DNA of 64,000 bases, from positions 94,922,001 through 94,986,000 of the forward strand of contig OZ320316.1 in NCBI GenBank assembly GCA_976226885.1. Reading direction: 5' to 3'. The DNA is from Iphione sp. A-MEVVRFRX5. Its lineage: Eukaryota. The first letter of the stretch is position 1. Each line of letters starts with the position of its first letter. Position numbers and translations under genes: made by a program. The notes below the pieces were generated by a model that was given only the letters and a program-made list of their open reading frames with translations, was not told the DNA's origin and made no database searches. Shown here in pieces: positions 14,117 through 26,101 of the stretch.

Positions 14117-16140
14117 GTAAGTTTTCGCCGGCTCCGCGCACCCCGCCATCCCCACGAAAGGCGACGTAAACCTTGACGTCATTCGGTGACGCCAAAATGA
14201 CGTCGTAATGTCGTCATAACGTCAAGATTCCTTCGTGGCGTAATGTTCCGTCAGCAACGTGGCGCCATGATACATGGCATCACCTGCTGCCGCCGCCACG
14301 TGGACACATCTTGATGTCATGATAACATTAACTTGACATTTGATTGATGCCTCAGTGACGTCACAGCGATGGCATTGTGACATCATATTCACCTCCTCCA
14401 CCCCCAGCCGCCGCCTCGTTGCACATACGAGGGAGTCGTTAATATGTTGTCTTCGTTATGTGATTTTCAAAGAAATATTCATCACTCCAGCGGTCGGCAT
14501 CAACTTTACGTCTCATCAAAAGTACTGAGGGCACTCACGGATAAAAGTGTACCCAAATCCAAACTGATTCTATCATACTACTCGAGTTCATCCCGTTCCT
14601 TACCACTTTTGCGGCATGTTTTGGCGTATTGAACCAAATAATTACATGATCTCTCACATTGCTTCTTGTACTTTTGATGAAAGTTGATGAAGACCTTTGA
14701 ATTTTATAACAAGACAACTATGACTGTATCATTTCCTCCAGTCTTTGGAATTTGCCGAATTTGGAGGCGGCCAAATTTCATTCCAAGAAGTCTCAATCTT
14801 TCGCTTCGGTTTGCTCTTCAGTGTTGTACCATAGCTCTGGTTGTCTTTCTGTCATCTCAAGCACTTGGCCAAATAGGCATTTGCATGAAGCATTGACGTT
14901 ATAACGTCAGTTACATATTTTCCGTCTTGTACGTTTCGTCGTTCATGTTTCCCATGAAGAATCTTATTACTTTTTCCCATCATTTTGAACTACGATTTTT
15001 TCTACTTTTTATTGGACTCTTTTGTATTGTTTTGTCTCACTTCTCCTTTCTGTCAACTGAGGTTTTCTAGTCAGTTGTATATGGATTTGATGTTAGAAAG
15101 TAGCAATGCATATATATATACGCATACCTAACTTACGTAGAGTAAAAGCGTATCTGTGTGTCCATGATAGTCATTAGTTGTATAGCTAGATTACGAATAA
15201 CATTATCAAGGCAAAGTCAAAGCCCACCATGTAAATAGCAAATCCACATACATACACAAAGAACTGACAGCTGCAAACATACAAATGCGTATGGAAATTC
15301 AAAACAGTTTTGATTTTATTCAGTAGTATTACTACATCTCAATATATTTATTACATGGTGATTATTAATGGATGTATACTCCAATGCTACCTATTTCGTT
15401 CTTATTGTACAAAGAAGTAAATCTAGTAGATAAAAGTACTCGGCATATTTATACTGAATAAAGTAGATAAATAAATGTATAGTTGTTTAGTATGGCTAAA
15501 CGGTGGCAGCACTTTAGGACTGCGTCAACATAGAATTGAATGAAGAAAAACTGTACCTATTCATAGAATACTTATAGAAATAAAACTGCATCTATAAGCG
15601 TCCTGCATTCTAAGGAATAAATCACACATTTGCGTTACGATCCAGACTATTGATTGTGGTGAATGGCACTGTGCTACGTTTCTCTTAACCTTCTTTCCGT
15701 TAAGTCTCTTTGTTCATCAGTTTTAACGCCATATTGAACATCATGTAATCTGCTGCCTTGGCAGCTATGAGGTTTTATGCCTGCCATGATGAACTCGGCT
15801 TGTTGTACGATGTGCATGCTGGGAATGATATGCTTTCTTTGTTGTAAATGTTGTAAACCACCCGAAACACTTTTTATTATTTGTATATACATGTAGATAC
15901 AGATACATGTTGTCACAAAGTATGTTTTTTATTTGATACATATGATATCATGTTATTTGGATCTTTATATATACATGTATTCATGTTTTAACATGTCTCT
16001 AAAAGGCCTGATATCCCCCATTGCAGCTGCTGCATGCTCTATTACAGATAATACTGAAATACTACCACAAACAGAATGATTAATATCTGGAATCTCATTA
16101 GTATTTGAAATCTCATTAGTAATTTATTGCTTGGTCACAT

Positions 16141-16236
16141 AGCAAGGTTCATTGTTCATTCTTATAGAAGAATTTGTTTTAAAAACTTAGCAAGGTTCAT
16201 TATTCATTCTTATAGAAGAATTTGTTTTAAAAACTT
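16141..16236 (+). repeat. Tandem duplication, 2 x 48 bp
   Basis: agcaaggttcatt(g/a)ttcattcttatagaagaatttgttttaaaaactt twice, with one mismatch. Confidence 0.95.
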
Positions 16237-16512
16237 TTAGAAACTTGAGTCATGAGGGTTTCTTATCTTGATAAATGTATAAAAGATATTTGTCTGTCCT
16301 GACTTTGCTTCACTGGTTATTCGTTTGTTCTGTGGGTCAAAGTGTCTTACCGAAATAGTGGTGTCATAGACCTAATATTTAAGGAACATCGTCTCCGACA
16401 CACTGGGTTTAGTTCAAAACGTTGCTTTTGGGACGAATGCCGTGACTCTGAGTACTTGAGAGGCCCTGGGTGTCGTCAATATTTAATTGAGTATCCATCT
16501 CCTTTCCCTCAG

Positions 16513-16648
16513 CCGGAAGTAGTGGCCACTCAACCCACGGAAGACACGCCCAAATGGGTCAGTCAGTGGGCCACGCTGGCCACCCAGAAGACCTTTGTCA
16601 AGTCACCCACACTCACTACCAATGCACCAATCTATGCTGGCCGCAGTG
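16513..16648 (+). CDS. CEP170: CEP170-like exon
   Basis: Acceptor cctttccctcag|, donor G|gtaagt, phase 0-1. Encodes TPKWVSQWATLA, matching the CEP170 'WVSQWASLA' motif. Confidence 0.92.
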
Positions 16649-17354
16649 GTAAGTCGACATCATGTATTTAGTAGAACTTTTGTTTAATAACCGATCGCCT
16701 CATCGCATAACGATGTCCAAATGACGCTACGACATTGTTTACATTCTGCTGGTTGACGGGGGCTCTGCTATGGCAGCGTCACTGTGATGTTACTACGTGG
16801 TCAGCTAACTCAGTATTGAGGTCAACTACACTGTATTTATCCTGACTGTTGTGGTTGGTGGAGGATACCTTTGCGTGTTTATCAAAGGTCTACAGGGGCA
16901 CTTCGTTACTCACACTGGCACAGTGGCAAGCTAATACATGTATTCATGTCTAAGATACATATCGCTTACAACTTCATGATAACTTGAAATAATACACGTA
17001 ATGCAGGTTTTGTAACACGAGATGGAAGGCTGGTTCCCATCGTTGTTCCAATAATTCACAATCTTATAATAATTCATCTCCGCGGGACAGTCATGTGAAA
17101 ATATCATGTTTCTCAGTGTCACCATCGATGCGCCTGTGCTGGCTACCTGGTGAATCCCCAAGTAACTAATGTGACAGAGCTAGCATAAAGATAGTCTGCT
17201 ACCTTCTTATGACAGATTCCCTCAACGTGGACTGTTTCCCCTAATAACCTCTCAAGTAGTTATCTATTTTATTGGTAGTGATTGTTGATTACATTCCTCT
17301 TTAATGTTGCTCTCCTATTGTATTAGGTCGACATGTAATGTTTTTTTCCTCCAG

Positions 17355-19870
17355 CTTCTGACGTCAGTGACGTACGATCGTCGTCAGAATCAGCGCGTGA
17401 TTTTACGCCAGCGCCTCCGCCGGAACGTTCCTTCAGCGGACCGGGCCGGAAACCGCGGGGGTCGGGCCGGAAGCTGCCGACGCCGCCTGTGAAATCAAGC
17501 TGTTCATCGACGCCGATGTCTCCCCGTTCTACGACCGCTCCAAGCAGTGAGGCGCTAAGTGAGACACCAGAGAAGGACGCTAGCGGAACGGGAAACGCCG
17601 TGATGACGGAAAGCGGAAGTAGGTTTGTGACGGAGAGCGGGAGTGGCTTCGTGACCGGAAGTGGTCGAGGTTTTGTGTCAGGGACTGGGAGTAGCTTTGT
17701 GTCGTCGACAGGAAATGAGCGCGGCGGTGTTCGGAATCGCCCGACAGCGTACATTGACCCACGGCGTCCTGACAATATACCTCTAACCTCTGCGTCATCG
17801 TCGTCCTCAGCGACAGCGGCGGCAACGGCCACCGCCACCACGACGGAGGCAATCGACGACATCCTGACTCATGGCGTCACAAGTGACGTAGTTACCTTCG
17901 TCCACGACGAGATGTCGGAAAGTATAACGACGGAAATGACCGACAGCGCGACCAGCAGCCACCTATCGGCCAGTATGGGAGAAACAAGGGACGCCGAGGG
18001 GGAGGAGGACGAGGAAGAAGAGGAAGAGCTGTCGGCGCTCGCCTCACGCTTACGCACGGTGCTGCGGGGAAAGCGATCCTCACCGGAAGTCGTAGTGTGT
18101 CCCGTCAGTGGAAATGCTAATGGCGATGCTCTGACGTCACTACGTGATACAGATGACGTCATACACGCCATGCCAGTGAGGATGGACATCAGTCTGGATG
18201 ACCTTCCCAAGGACAAGTCTGTTAAACGTACCACTGCTACTGAAAATGGAAGTGATGACACGCCACTTCCGCCACAAACACAGCCGCAGCGGAAGAGTAC
18301 GGAGCTGTTTATACCGTTGCACGACGACGATTCCGACTCGGACGGCTCCAACCGGGCCCTGATGAACGGACATCCCCCAAGGCTCAAACCTAAGCCTCGT
18401 CTTTTCAAGAGTCACAGCACCGACACCCGGAAGCCGCCATCGACTCGACCTTTCCTGTCACGAGAACAGCGGGAACGGGAACGCGCCAGTTCCACCGGAA
18501 GTGCTGGTTCAGAGCGGTCATCCTCGTCGGCAGTGAAAGAGTCTCCACATGCCGGGGCGACCTCCCGCGACGGCGGAAAGCCGACTTCGACTATAGCGGG
18601 TCGGGGATCACCTAAGATCAAACCACCGCCATCGTCGGCATCTGCCGCAGCCACCGCGTCGCGAGCGAGGAGTGTGCAAAAACAACCGCCGCAACAGCAT
18701 CATCAACCACAGAAACAGCACAAGTCGGAGCCACAGAATCGTCATCAGAATCAACAGAAGGCGGCCCCGTCCACCCCGCACAAGATCCCTAAAGACGCTA
18801 CCTTTGTGTGTACAGATTCGGGTCGGGGCAAGTCCTCCGTGACCTCACTGACGTCCATACCCTCCCTGGACCTCAACAGCTCGTTTGGTTCCGACCTCCA
18901 CAGCGAGTCGGAGAGTATAGTCAGCTCGAGCACAGATTACAGCGGTACACTCAGTCCGCGCCTGGCCCGCCGTGGCTCCAAGGGCAAAGCTCCCATGAGT
19001 ATGACCCGCCCTAACCGCGCCTTCGCCTTACGTCGGGCCCGCCTAGACGGGGAAGAGCCACCAACACCACCCACCCCTCCATCATCGTCGTCAGCCACCA
19101 CCAACTCGACCAGCGCCGGTCGATACAGATCCAACGTGAACCGAGCCCGCCCTAACAGCGCCGGTGCTAGGGACACGCCTCGCCCGCGCCCGTCGTCAGC
19201 GCGTGACTCGGGCCGCTCCGACGTCGGCGTCAGGGCTGGCGGGCCGCGAAGTCGGGAGAGTAGCGTGGGCCCGCCAAGAGCTAAGAGCACAGGGCCAAGG
19301 TTGGACACGGGCCGCCTGACGGCCAGGCATGAAAAGAAAGGGAGTACTAGTTCGACAGGGGGGAGTCAGCCAAGGAAGTCACCTGCTCCACCCCCCTGCT
19401 CGTCATCATCGATGAGACACAAATCCGATCGGCTGTCTTCCACCGGAAGTGGGGGGACGCGCTCCAAGCCATCAAGCCGGTCAAACTCACCGCAGACGCC
19501 CAGCCGACGCTCAGAGGAGTATTCAGCCTGGAAACGCCGGAAGAGTTATGATCCGCGTCAGGCGGTCGTCAATGCCAAGGTCAAGGCGCGCGAGCTGCGG
19601 AACAGCACTTCCGATTCGCAGTCGGCGACCGCACCGGAACGTTCGCGGTCGGCGGGGCCGCTGGCGCGGGTCTCGTCCACAGTCTCTTCAGTGTCCAGCG
19701 AGGAGTCGGCCTTTCTGCAGGAGGAGCTTCAGTCGTACGCCGGAGGGGGACGCCACCACCGCGCGTCAGACGCCATCAGCCAGGTTAGCAACGCCGTCTG
19801 TCACCAGGTGGACGCCATGTCACGCAGCATCGAGAGCGACGACGCCTTCGTTGATGTCGGCGGCAAACTG
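17355..19870 (+). CDS. CEP170: CEP170-like giant exon (2,516 nt; S/T/P/R-rich disordered region)
   Basis: Acceptor tttttttcctccag|, donor CTG|gtgagt, phase 1-0. Uninterrupted frame including GRKLPTPP, RPNRAFALRRARL and AWKRRKSYDPR. Confidence 0.92.
17605..17700 (+). repeat. Coding 24-nt tandem repeat x4 (TxSGxGFV-like octapeptide)
   Basis: Units start at 17605, 17629, 17653 and 17677 and encode TESGSRFV TESGSGFV TGSGRGFV SGTGSSFV. Confidence 0.85.
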
Positions 19871-20557
19871 GTGAGTGAAACATATTTGGTATAGAAGAAG
19901 TTTAACAAATTCTCTAGTTGACAAATGCCTGTTCCCAAAGCATCTGGCATGAGACTTGAAAACACTAATGTACACGAAATCGTCTCTTGTTAAATATAAT
20001 TTTTTGTCAATTTTTAGATGTATATTTATTTGATCAGAACAGTAATCATGACAGGTCCAAGTTAAGTGCTAGACGGACATGAATCGTCATGTCTTCTACC
20101 GACGTTGTACATCTTTTTATGCAATACGAATTGGGTCATATGCAAAGTAAACAGACATTCTAAGCTGTCATAAGGGAAAAGCCCAGAGTTACAAAAAATG
20201 AAACAACTGTTTACAAGTGCAGGTCTGTGTTGTCTTAACGTTAAATTTGGTACATTTGATCTACCTGCCTGTTCCAACATTATACCTGTCTTTAATTTTC
20301 TGACCTTAAGGTAGTGAACCGTTTACATGTATTTTCCAGCAAGCATTAATATACATATATGTACAATTAATTAATATGTTATTGTTTGGGGAGATAGGTA
20401 CTGATTATTAACAAATATATAACTAATATATTCACCAATATATTTACAAGTTCTCAATCACTCCTAAATCATGTTCTAATTGCTTCTATATATTTAGTTA
20501 ATTAATATATTTTACTTTCTCCTGGGTATATATGAGTTCAATTGTAAACATTTTCAG

Positions 20558-20599
20558 CTACCAAGACGGGGTCGCCTACCAAGGAACAAACTCCCTAAG
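20558..20599 (+). CDS. CEP170: Possible 42-nt cassette exon (LPRRGRLPRNKLPK)
   Basis: Acceptor aacattttcag|, weak donor AAG|gtttcc, phase 0-0. Basic peptide in an AT-rich intron. Confidence 0.3.
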
Positions 20600-21826
20600 G
20601 TTTCCATTTTGTCATAATTTGATGATGATTCTGTCATTCTTTGGTCTTAGCCGTCAAAACCAAAAATTCATTTCCTTTTAAATTGTTTCTCCCTTGACAG
20701 TTATTGTTGTGATACTGGCTGTTGTTTATATGATAAGGCTAAATAAGTTTGTTGTTCGGTTCAACCTCCGTTTGACATAGACTTGATTCAAACAAGCCCC
20801 TTAACCCGGGGCGACATATTGGGACTAAAGAGAGAAGACTAAAGAACTGTGGTAGATGGTTGCGAATATATGTACTCTTTTAGTGCAGGTTAAGTGGAAA
20901 ATGAATCACTGATTGAATTACCTAATGGGATAAATTCCCTGTATACTTCTACATGCAGCAATATCTGTAGCAGATATTAGATGTTCTCGATTACTTTTAT
21001 CATTCATGATTCATGAAGCAGTGGATGAAATGAAGCGAAATGAAAATTCGCACAGTATTCTTCATTTTGCGCAAGGTCAGTGATTCGTTTTCGGAAAAAT
21101 CTGGATTTAAAAGGTCTGTGCAGTCCATTACTTCTGAGTACACCCAATGTTGCTCTCAGCTGTAACCTTATTTTATGAGTGTACATATGTTGTACTCCCA
21201 TGTAAGTGTAGGGTCCCTGGCCTAAGACATGGGTTGAGGTTATTGTTTAGTGAGCCATACCAGGTATTTGATCAAATTTAACCATTTCACGTTAGAGGTC
21301 TCTGCCGTTGTAAGGGTGATGTTATAGTAGGGTTATTGTGGAAGAGGAAGGGACCAGTTGAAGAATTCGAATATAAAGTAAGAAACAAGTACAACTAAAT
21401 GCTTGAAGAGAAGCAGTTATTCCGATTATTACTTTGATAATCTTGCACGGTCAGCCACCACGGTGAAAGACCAAGCTTGATTACGAAGGTATGTTCATCA
21501 GAAGGGTTTTTGATATAGTTTTTTCGATAATTTGTTACCTCTCCGTTTTTAGCACACAGTGTGTACATCTTAAATCATTGGAAAAGGTGCGAACATATAG
21601 CTAAGTTTGTGAAGAAACTTGGCGCTGTGCACTGGCTTCAAACTTTTATCTCTGTGTCTGTGGTCCGACAATCATATTTCAAAGTCATAGGACCATACAG
21701 ACAACCTGACCCGAACAGTCACATGACCAGAACCACAGACTTATTGTATGTAGAATCGCGTGACCTGTTGAAACGTCATATTACCTCAGAAAAGTCGAGG
21801 CGTGACCAGAGACGCTGTGCTTTCAG

Positions 21827-22000
21827 GGGTATGGATCAAGGTCACCGTTTCCGGTAGGCCGATCAACGTTGTCGGCATTTAGCGTGCCGCGTACACGTTC
21901 TGTGCCGCTCTCTCTGCGGTCGCCGCCACCGCGCTCGACCACTTCCGGTCGGGCCGGAAGTGTGCGTCGGGCGGCTCTTGAGGCGACCGCACCGCTGGAG
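21827..22000 (+). CDS. CEP170: Probable cassette exon of the CEP170-like gene (58 aa)
   Basis: Acceptor gctgtgctttcag|, donor GAG|gttggt, phase 0-0. GC-rich open frame GYGSRSPFPVGRSTLSAFSVPRTRSVPLSLRSPPPRSTTSGRAGSVRRAALEATAPLE, compositionally like the neighbouring exons. Confidence 0.65.
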
Positions 22001-24383
22001 GTTGGTCGATCGTCGGTTTAAGCTCGCCGTAGAAAAAGCGCATGGTGGTGGAGGGACTCCAAGATTGTTAACCTGCTAGATTCTCTACTCAGTGAAGCCT
22101 ACCTGATTTCAAATAAACTTGAACACATACATTAATCGCAGCTTATGCAGAGAACGCCTGTTTAGGACTTGTAGAATTCATTGGGAAGATTTTAAATCAA
22201 AACATTGGAATTTTGTGTAAACAACTCTACGATTTCACTGACAGAAATGCACAGTCACCAGTTTAACATAACAGATCAACAAATAAATATTTACCTATCC
22301 AGATTTGTACAAATGAAAATGATAGGCTTCACCTAAGTAGAAAACAATAAAAACAAGAACTTTCCTTATGCCCTATGCTGATGCAAGTTGGTTACTGGGT
22401 GTCCCCTCCAGCTCCCCTTCTCTGACCATGTGACGCTGACAACAAGCTGTATTTAATAATGCTGTTCGTCCTTTTGGAAATGAGAGACTTTCATTGTATT
22501 TCGCTACTCAAGCACTGGTGAAAATATAATGCTGCGAAATAGCCATTAGTACTATTCGAAGAAAAACGAGAGTGCAGCTTTTTTTTAGTGAACACAAAGA
22601 TAGTGGACAGAACATAATTATTTTTCATGACTAATGAATATGTAAGGATAATTCTAGTAATAAAATAAATTTCTATGATGTATTTTATTCCCCTTTAGCT
22701 TCTCATTTAACTGAAAACGTTCCCAGATTTTAAAAATTACTTCCATAATCATTAGGAGCCAGGGAATTCACCATTCAAATTGTTGAAATTTGTGTTTTAT
22801 CGTAAAAGACAGCTGAGCCTGCAGTTTCTATCTGAGATGAGAAAAATGAGAAGGCATTCTGTTTTCACCGCGTCTTGAAGTTAACGTTTCAATCTTCACA
22901 GTCCCACAATAATTTCCTGACTACACTAGCCACTAACAATGGCATAAAACCATCCAAACTGTCCCCCTAACAGTTAAGAATGGCTGTTATGAAGCATTAC
23001 CGCCCTTCATTCGCTTCCAAAAAGGGTTAGCTTATCAGTCTTCTGTTAGTGTTAGATCAAGTACGTCAACTGCCTGGGAATGGCAAGATTCATAGAGACT
23101 GCAGGACCATCGACAACCTATCCAATCACTGACATTGAATCATATCTACCTGAGATAATAAACGTGTATATTTAGAAACTATAGTGCCCCAGTATATCAG
23201 GTTGGTGAAGGTGAGTTACGCAAACATCCTAATGGTCGCAGCTGTCAACGGAGATCTTGCATTGTCTCTGGTCCTGGAAGGTTTACCTAAGCACACCAAA
23301 TATTGGGTCCTGTCGTAAAACAATTCAGCTTTCCATTAAAAACAGAGGACTATAAAATCCTGTCTGTCTTACAAGATTCACTTATCCGTTCATGTGGCTA
23401 TTAAAGCAAAATCCCATGATTTTTTTATCCACTTAATAGGTTCAAATTCCATAATTTAGCCAGAACGTTGCTTCCCAAGAATAAGTGAACCGCCAGGTAC
23501 TAAAAATCTAAATGTAACATTCGTTAAACGTAAATGTACATACATCAATTCGTATCGTATATACAAGTATAGAGAAATAGGAAAGACACTGCTTTGGACA
23601 TAATTGCACAATGAACACCTGTTAGAAAGGTGCTATCTCCCTGAAGCCCTTTTGAAACAAAAAGAACAAACAACACATGTACATAGGGGTTGAAGGTTTC
23701 GCAGGGTATCAGATGTAAAGGAACCTGAAGTTAGGTGATACAGGTTACTAAACTATATTTCCCCAAACATTACTCTTCCAGCGGACATGTATTAAGTATT
23801 GTCTCGGTATACTTTGATCAGTACTGCCCACTATGAGACACAGTTCTCTTAGTATAAGCCCTCATGTTTTTCTGTAGTGGATATCATTCCCTTTAGTGCA
23901 TGAATGCTGTGAGCATGCCCCATAAGTTGTGCATGGTTCTGTAGTCGCTTCTTTGGAGACATTTACGTTAAATAACAGAGAAACTTTCCTGACGGCTAGA
24001 CAAGCTGAAAATGGAAAGAGCGATGGCAGTTTGACTCGTAGTTAAGCATAGAAATTGCGTTTACTTAGCGTTTAATGATTGATTGGATATCTGAATGTGC
24101 TATAGATGCCTGACATATTAACCAACCAGTTATAATTTATCTTGTTTTACGAATCTAATTCCACAAATACAAGACTCCGTATCTCTGCACTTTAATTATT
24201 CATACTCCCTAATAAGTTGTTTATGCGCAGTATATGATTTTAACATCACCTAATCTTTGACAGTACATTACCTTTCAGACTTGCAAAGATGACAGCTATT
24301 GTCCGTTAATTCCTGAAATACCTGGTGCCCAAGGTTTGTGGTTGGCTGAGGTCTCACGTACCATTGCTGTGCTTTTTTTTCAG

Positions 24384-24469
24384 TCCTATGATACTGTCAT
24401 GGTCAACTCCATCTACCAGCTGTCACTCAAGGTGCGCACGCAGACGGACAAGATCATGGAGAAGATGAG
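24384..24469 (+). CDS. CEP170: CEP170-like exon, start of conserved C-terminal domain
   Basis: Acceptor gctttttttttcag|, donor AG|gtcagt, phase 0-2. SYDTVMVNSIYQLSLKVRTQTDKIMEKMR resembles the CEP170 C-terminal 'FSRKIRQSIDKTAGKIR' segment. Confidence 0.88.
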
Positions 24470-24856
24470 GTCAGTGTGCATGCGCAGTTAATTGTTACCA
24501 TTGACTGGCCGTGTTTGTTGTTATTGTTGTTTACAAAATTATTTTTTTGAAAGTACATGTAATTAAGTTACCACATGAGTCAAATTCATATCATCGAGAC
24601 ACAACTGATATTTTATTAGGGTAATGTAACTACACTTTGAAAGGAGGTTTAATGTAGGGTAAAGCTTTTGATTGTAAAAATCGCATAAATAACAGTTGTA
24701 TTATGATAACCCAGAACGTTGTGTTATGCTAAGGATAGGATTTGGGGACGAAACACTAGAAATACTATAACATCAATTCTTGTAGAAATCGTCTCAAAAG
24801 AAAACTAAACAAACCAGAATGGGACTTTTAACATTAGATCCTTGTCTGCTTACCAG

Positions 24857-25011
24857 GGACCGTAGTCAGCTGAACGCCAGCCCATCGCCGACAGATGATG
24901 TGCTTTCTCCGCCTCCTTCGATGGAGAGCGACTTATCCGGCTACAAGAACGCCAACCAGGAGTTGGCGAGCATCCTCCGCAACCTGAGCAAGACGGAGCG
25001 CCACCTGCAGA
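24857..25011 (+). CDS. CEP170: CEP170-like exon, C-terminal domain
   Basis: Acceptor ttgtctgcttaccag|, donor A|gtgagt, phase 2-1. KNANQELASILRNLSKTERHLQ resembles CEP170 '[22 protein letters not shown]'. Confidence 0.9.
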
Positions 25012-26101
25012 GTGAGTTTCGAACTTAAACTGACTCATTTCCATACCCGCATGGAGCGTTGCTTTTTACCCAGTTTAAGGTTTTTTTTCCAGTTTGCTTG
25101 TACCCCTTTGTTACCTCTCTGTTAGGCCTGTATAAATTGTAAAGAAAGTACATGTACTATGAAGACTATTTAGCTGTACTTTTCCCCACACTCTATATCC
25201 CTTACACACCTAAGCTAGTCTATATAATGGTCCTTACGTACCCTTTTGTTTATGTACATTCGCTGTTCAGCTGAACTTCCTAATGTTATCTTATTCTCTT
25301 CACCTCTAGCTGTGACCGCCCCATTGGCTGTGTGTGTACATTGTCATATGGTCCCTTTGTCTGTGATGTCACTGGGAATCCTGAAGCCTTTATACAACTA
25401 GTTGTATGAGGTCTTAGGTTCACTCGAACTACTACTGCCACCTGCTGATATGCACGAAGCAATCCCCCTAAAGCCACATTTGCCTTCTAGCTAGCTGCCT
25501 GATCATGAGACTAGGAGCACGTTCCTTCCACAGTTGCTGATGCATCCCCACTGTCCACTCATACAATACAACGCACCGACGCCACAGGATGGAGTCTGTA
25601 ATTCCGTCACTTGGGATTCGTTCAAAGGAGAACCTCATGATTGAGACACCTTTCAGGAGACACCTGAACCGATTAGATTTGGCAAAACCAGGTTCTTGAG
25701 ATATGTATTTAGGAAGCAGCTAGGTCCTGGTATTCTAGGCTGCAGGTTGCAGAAGCCTGCAGCTGGATGAGTCAAGACTCAAGATATAGGTTAACTTGGA
25801 GTCATAACAGAGTTGGTGTTGAAATCAGACTGTTAGGTCCCCCACTCAGAATGAGCAAAATGCCTTTCTTACCGCGGCGAATGCAGCAACTTTTTGATCT
25901 CTAGCTCCTAGGATAAACGTGACCTTTCCAATCAGGTGAATAAGATGCCACTATGCAGTAAATTAGTAGTCACAGTTATGTATATCCATGCATGTAACAT
26001 TGTGGTCAAGATTGCATTCTTTACAATCTTCTCTGTAATGTTACTTCAGATATCTTAAAGCATCGAAGATAAATTGTGTTTCCCTTATCTTATTATAGCA
26101 G

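Noticed and set aside
2810-19874. Many ORF-track entries antisense or out of frame over the GC-rich exons (e.g. 2810-3514-, 5839-6627+, 17323-17862-, 18937-19308-, 19449-19874+)
   Set aside because: Shadow ORFs from stop-poor GC-rich coding sequence; the in-phase spliced CEP170 frame explains them.
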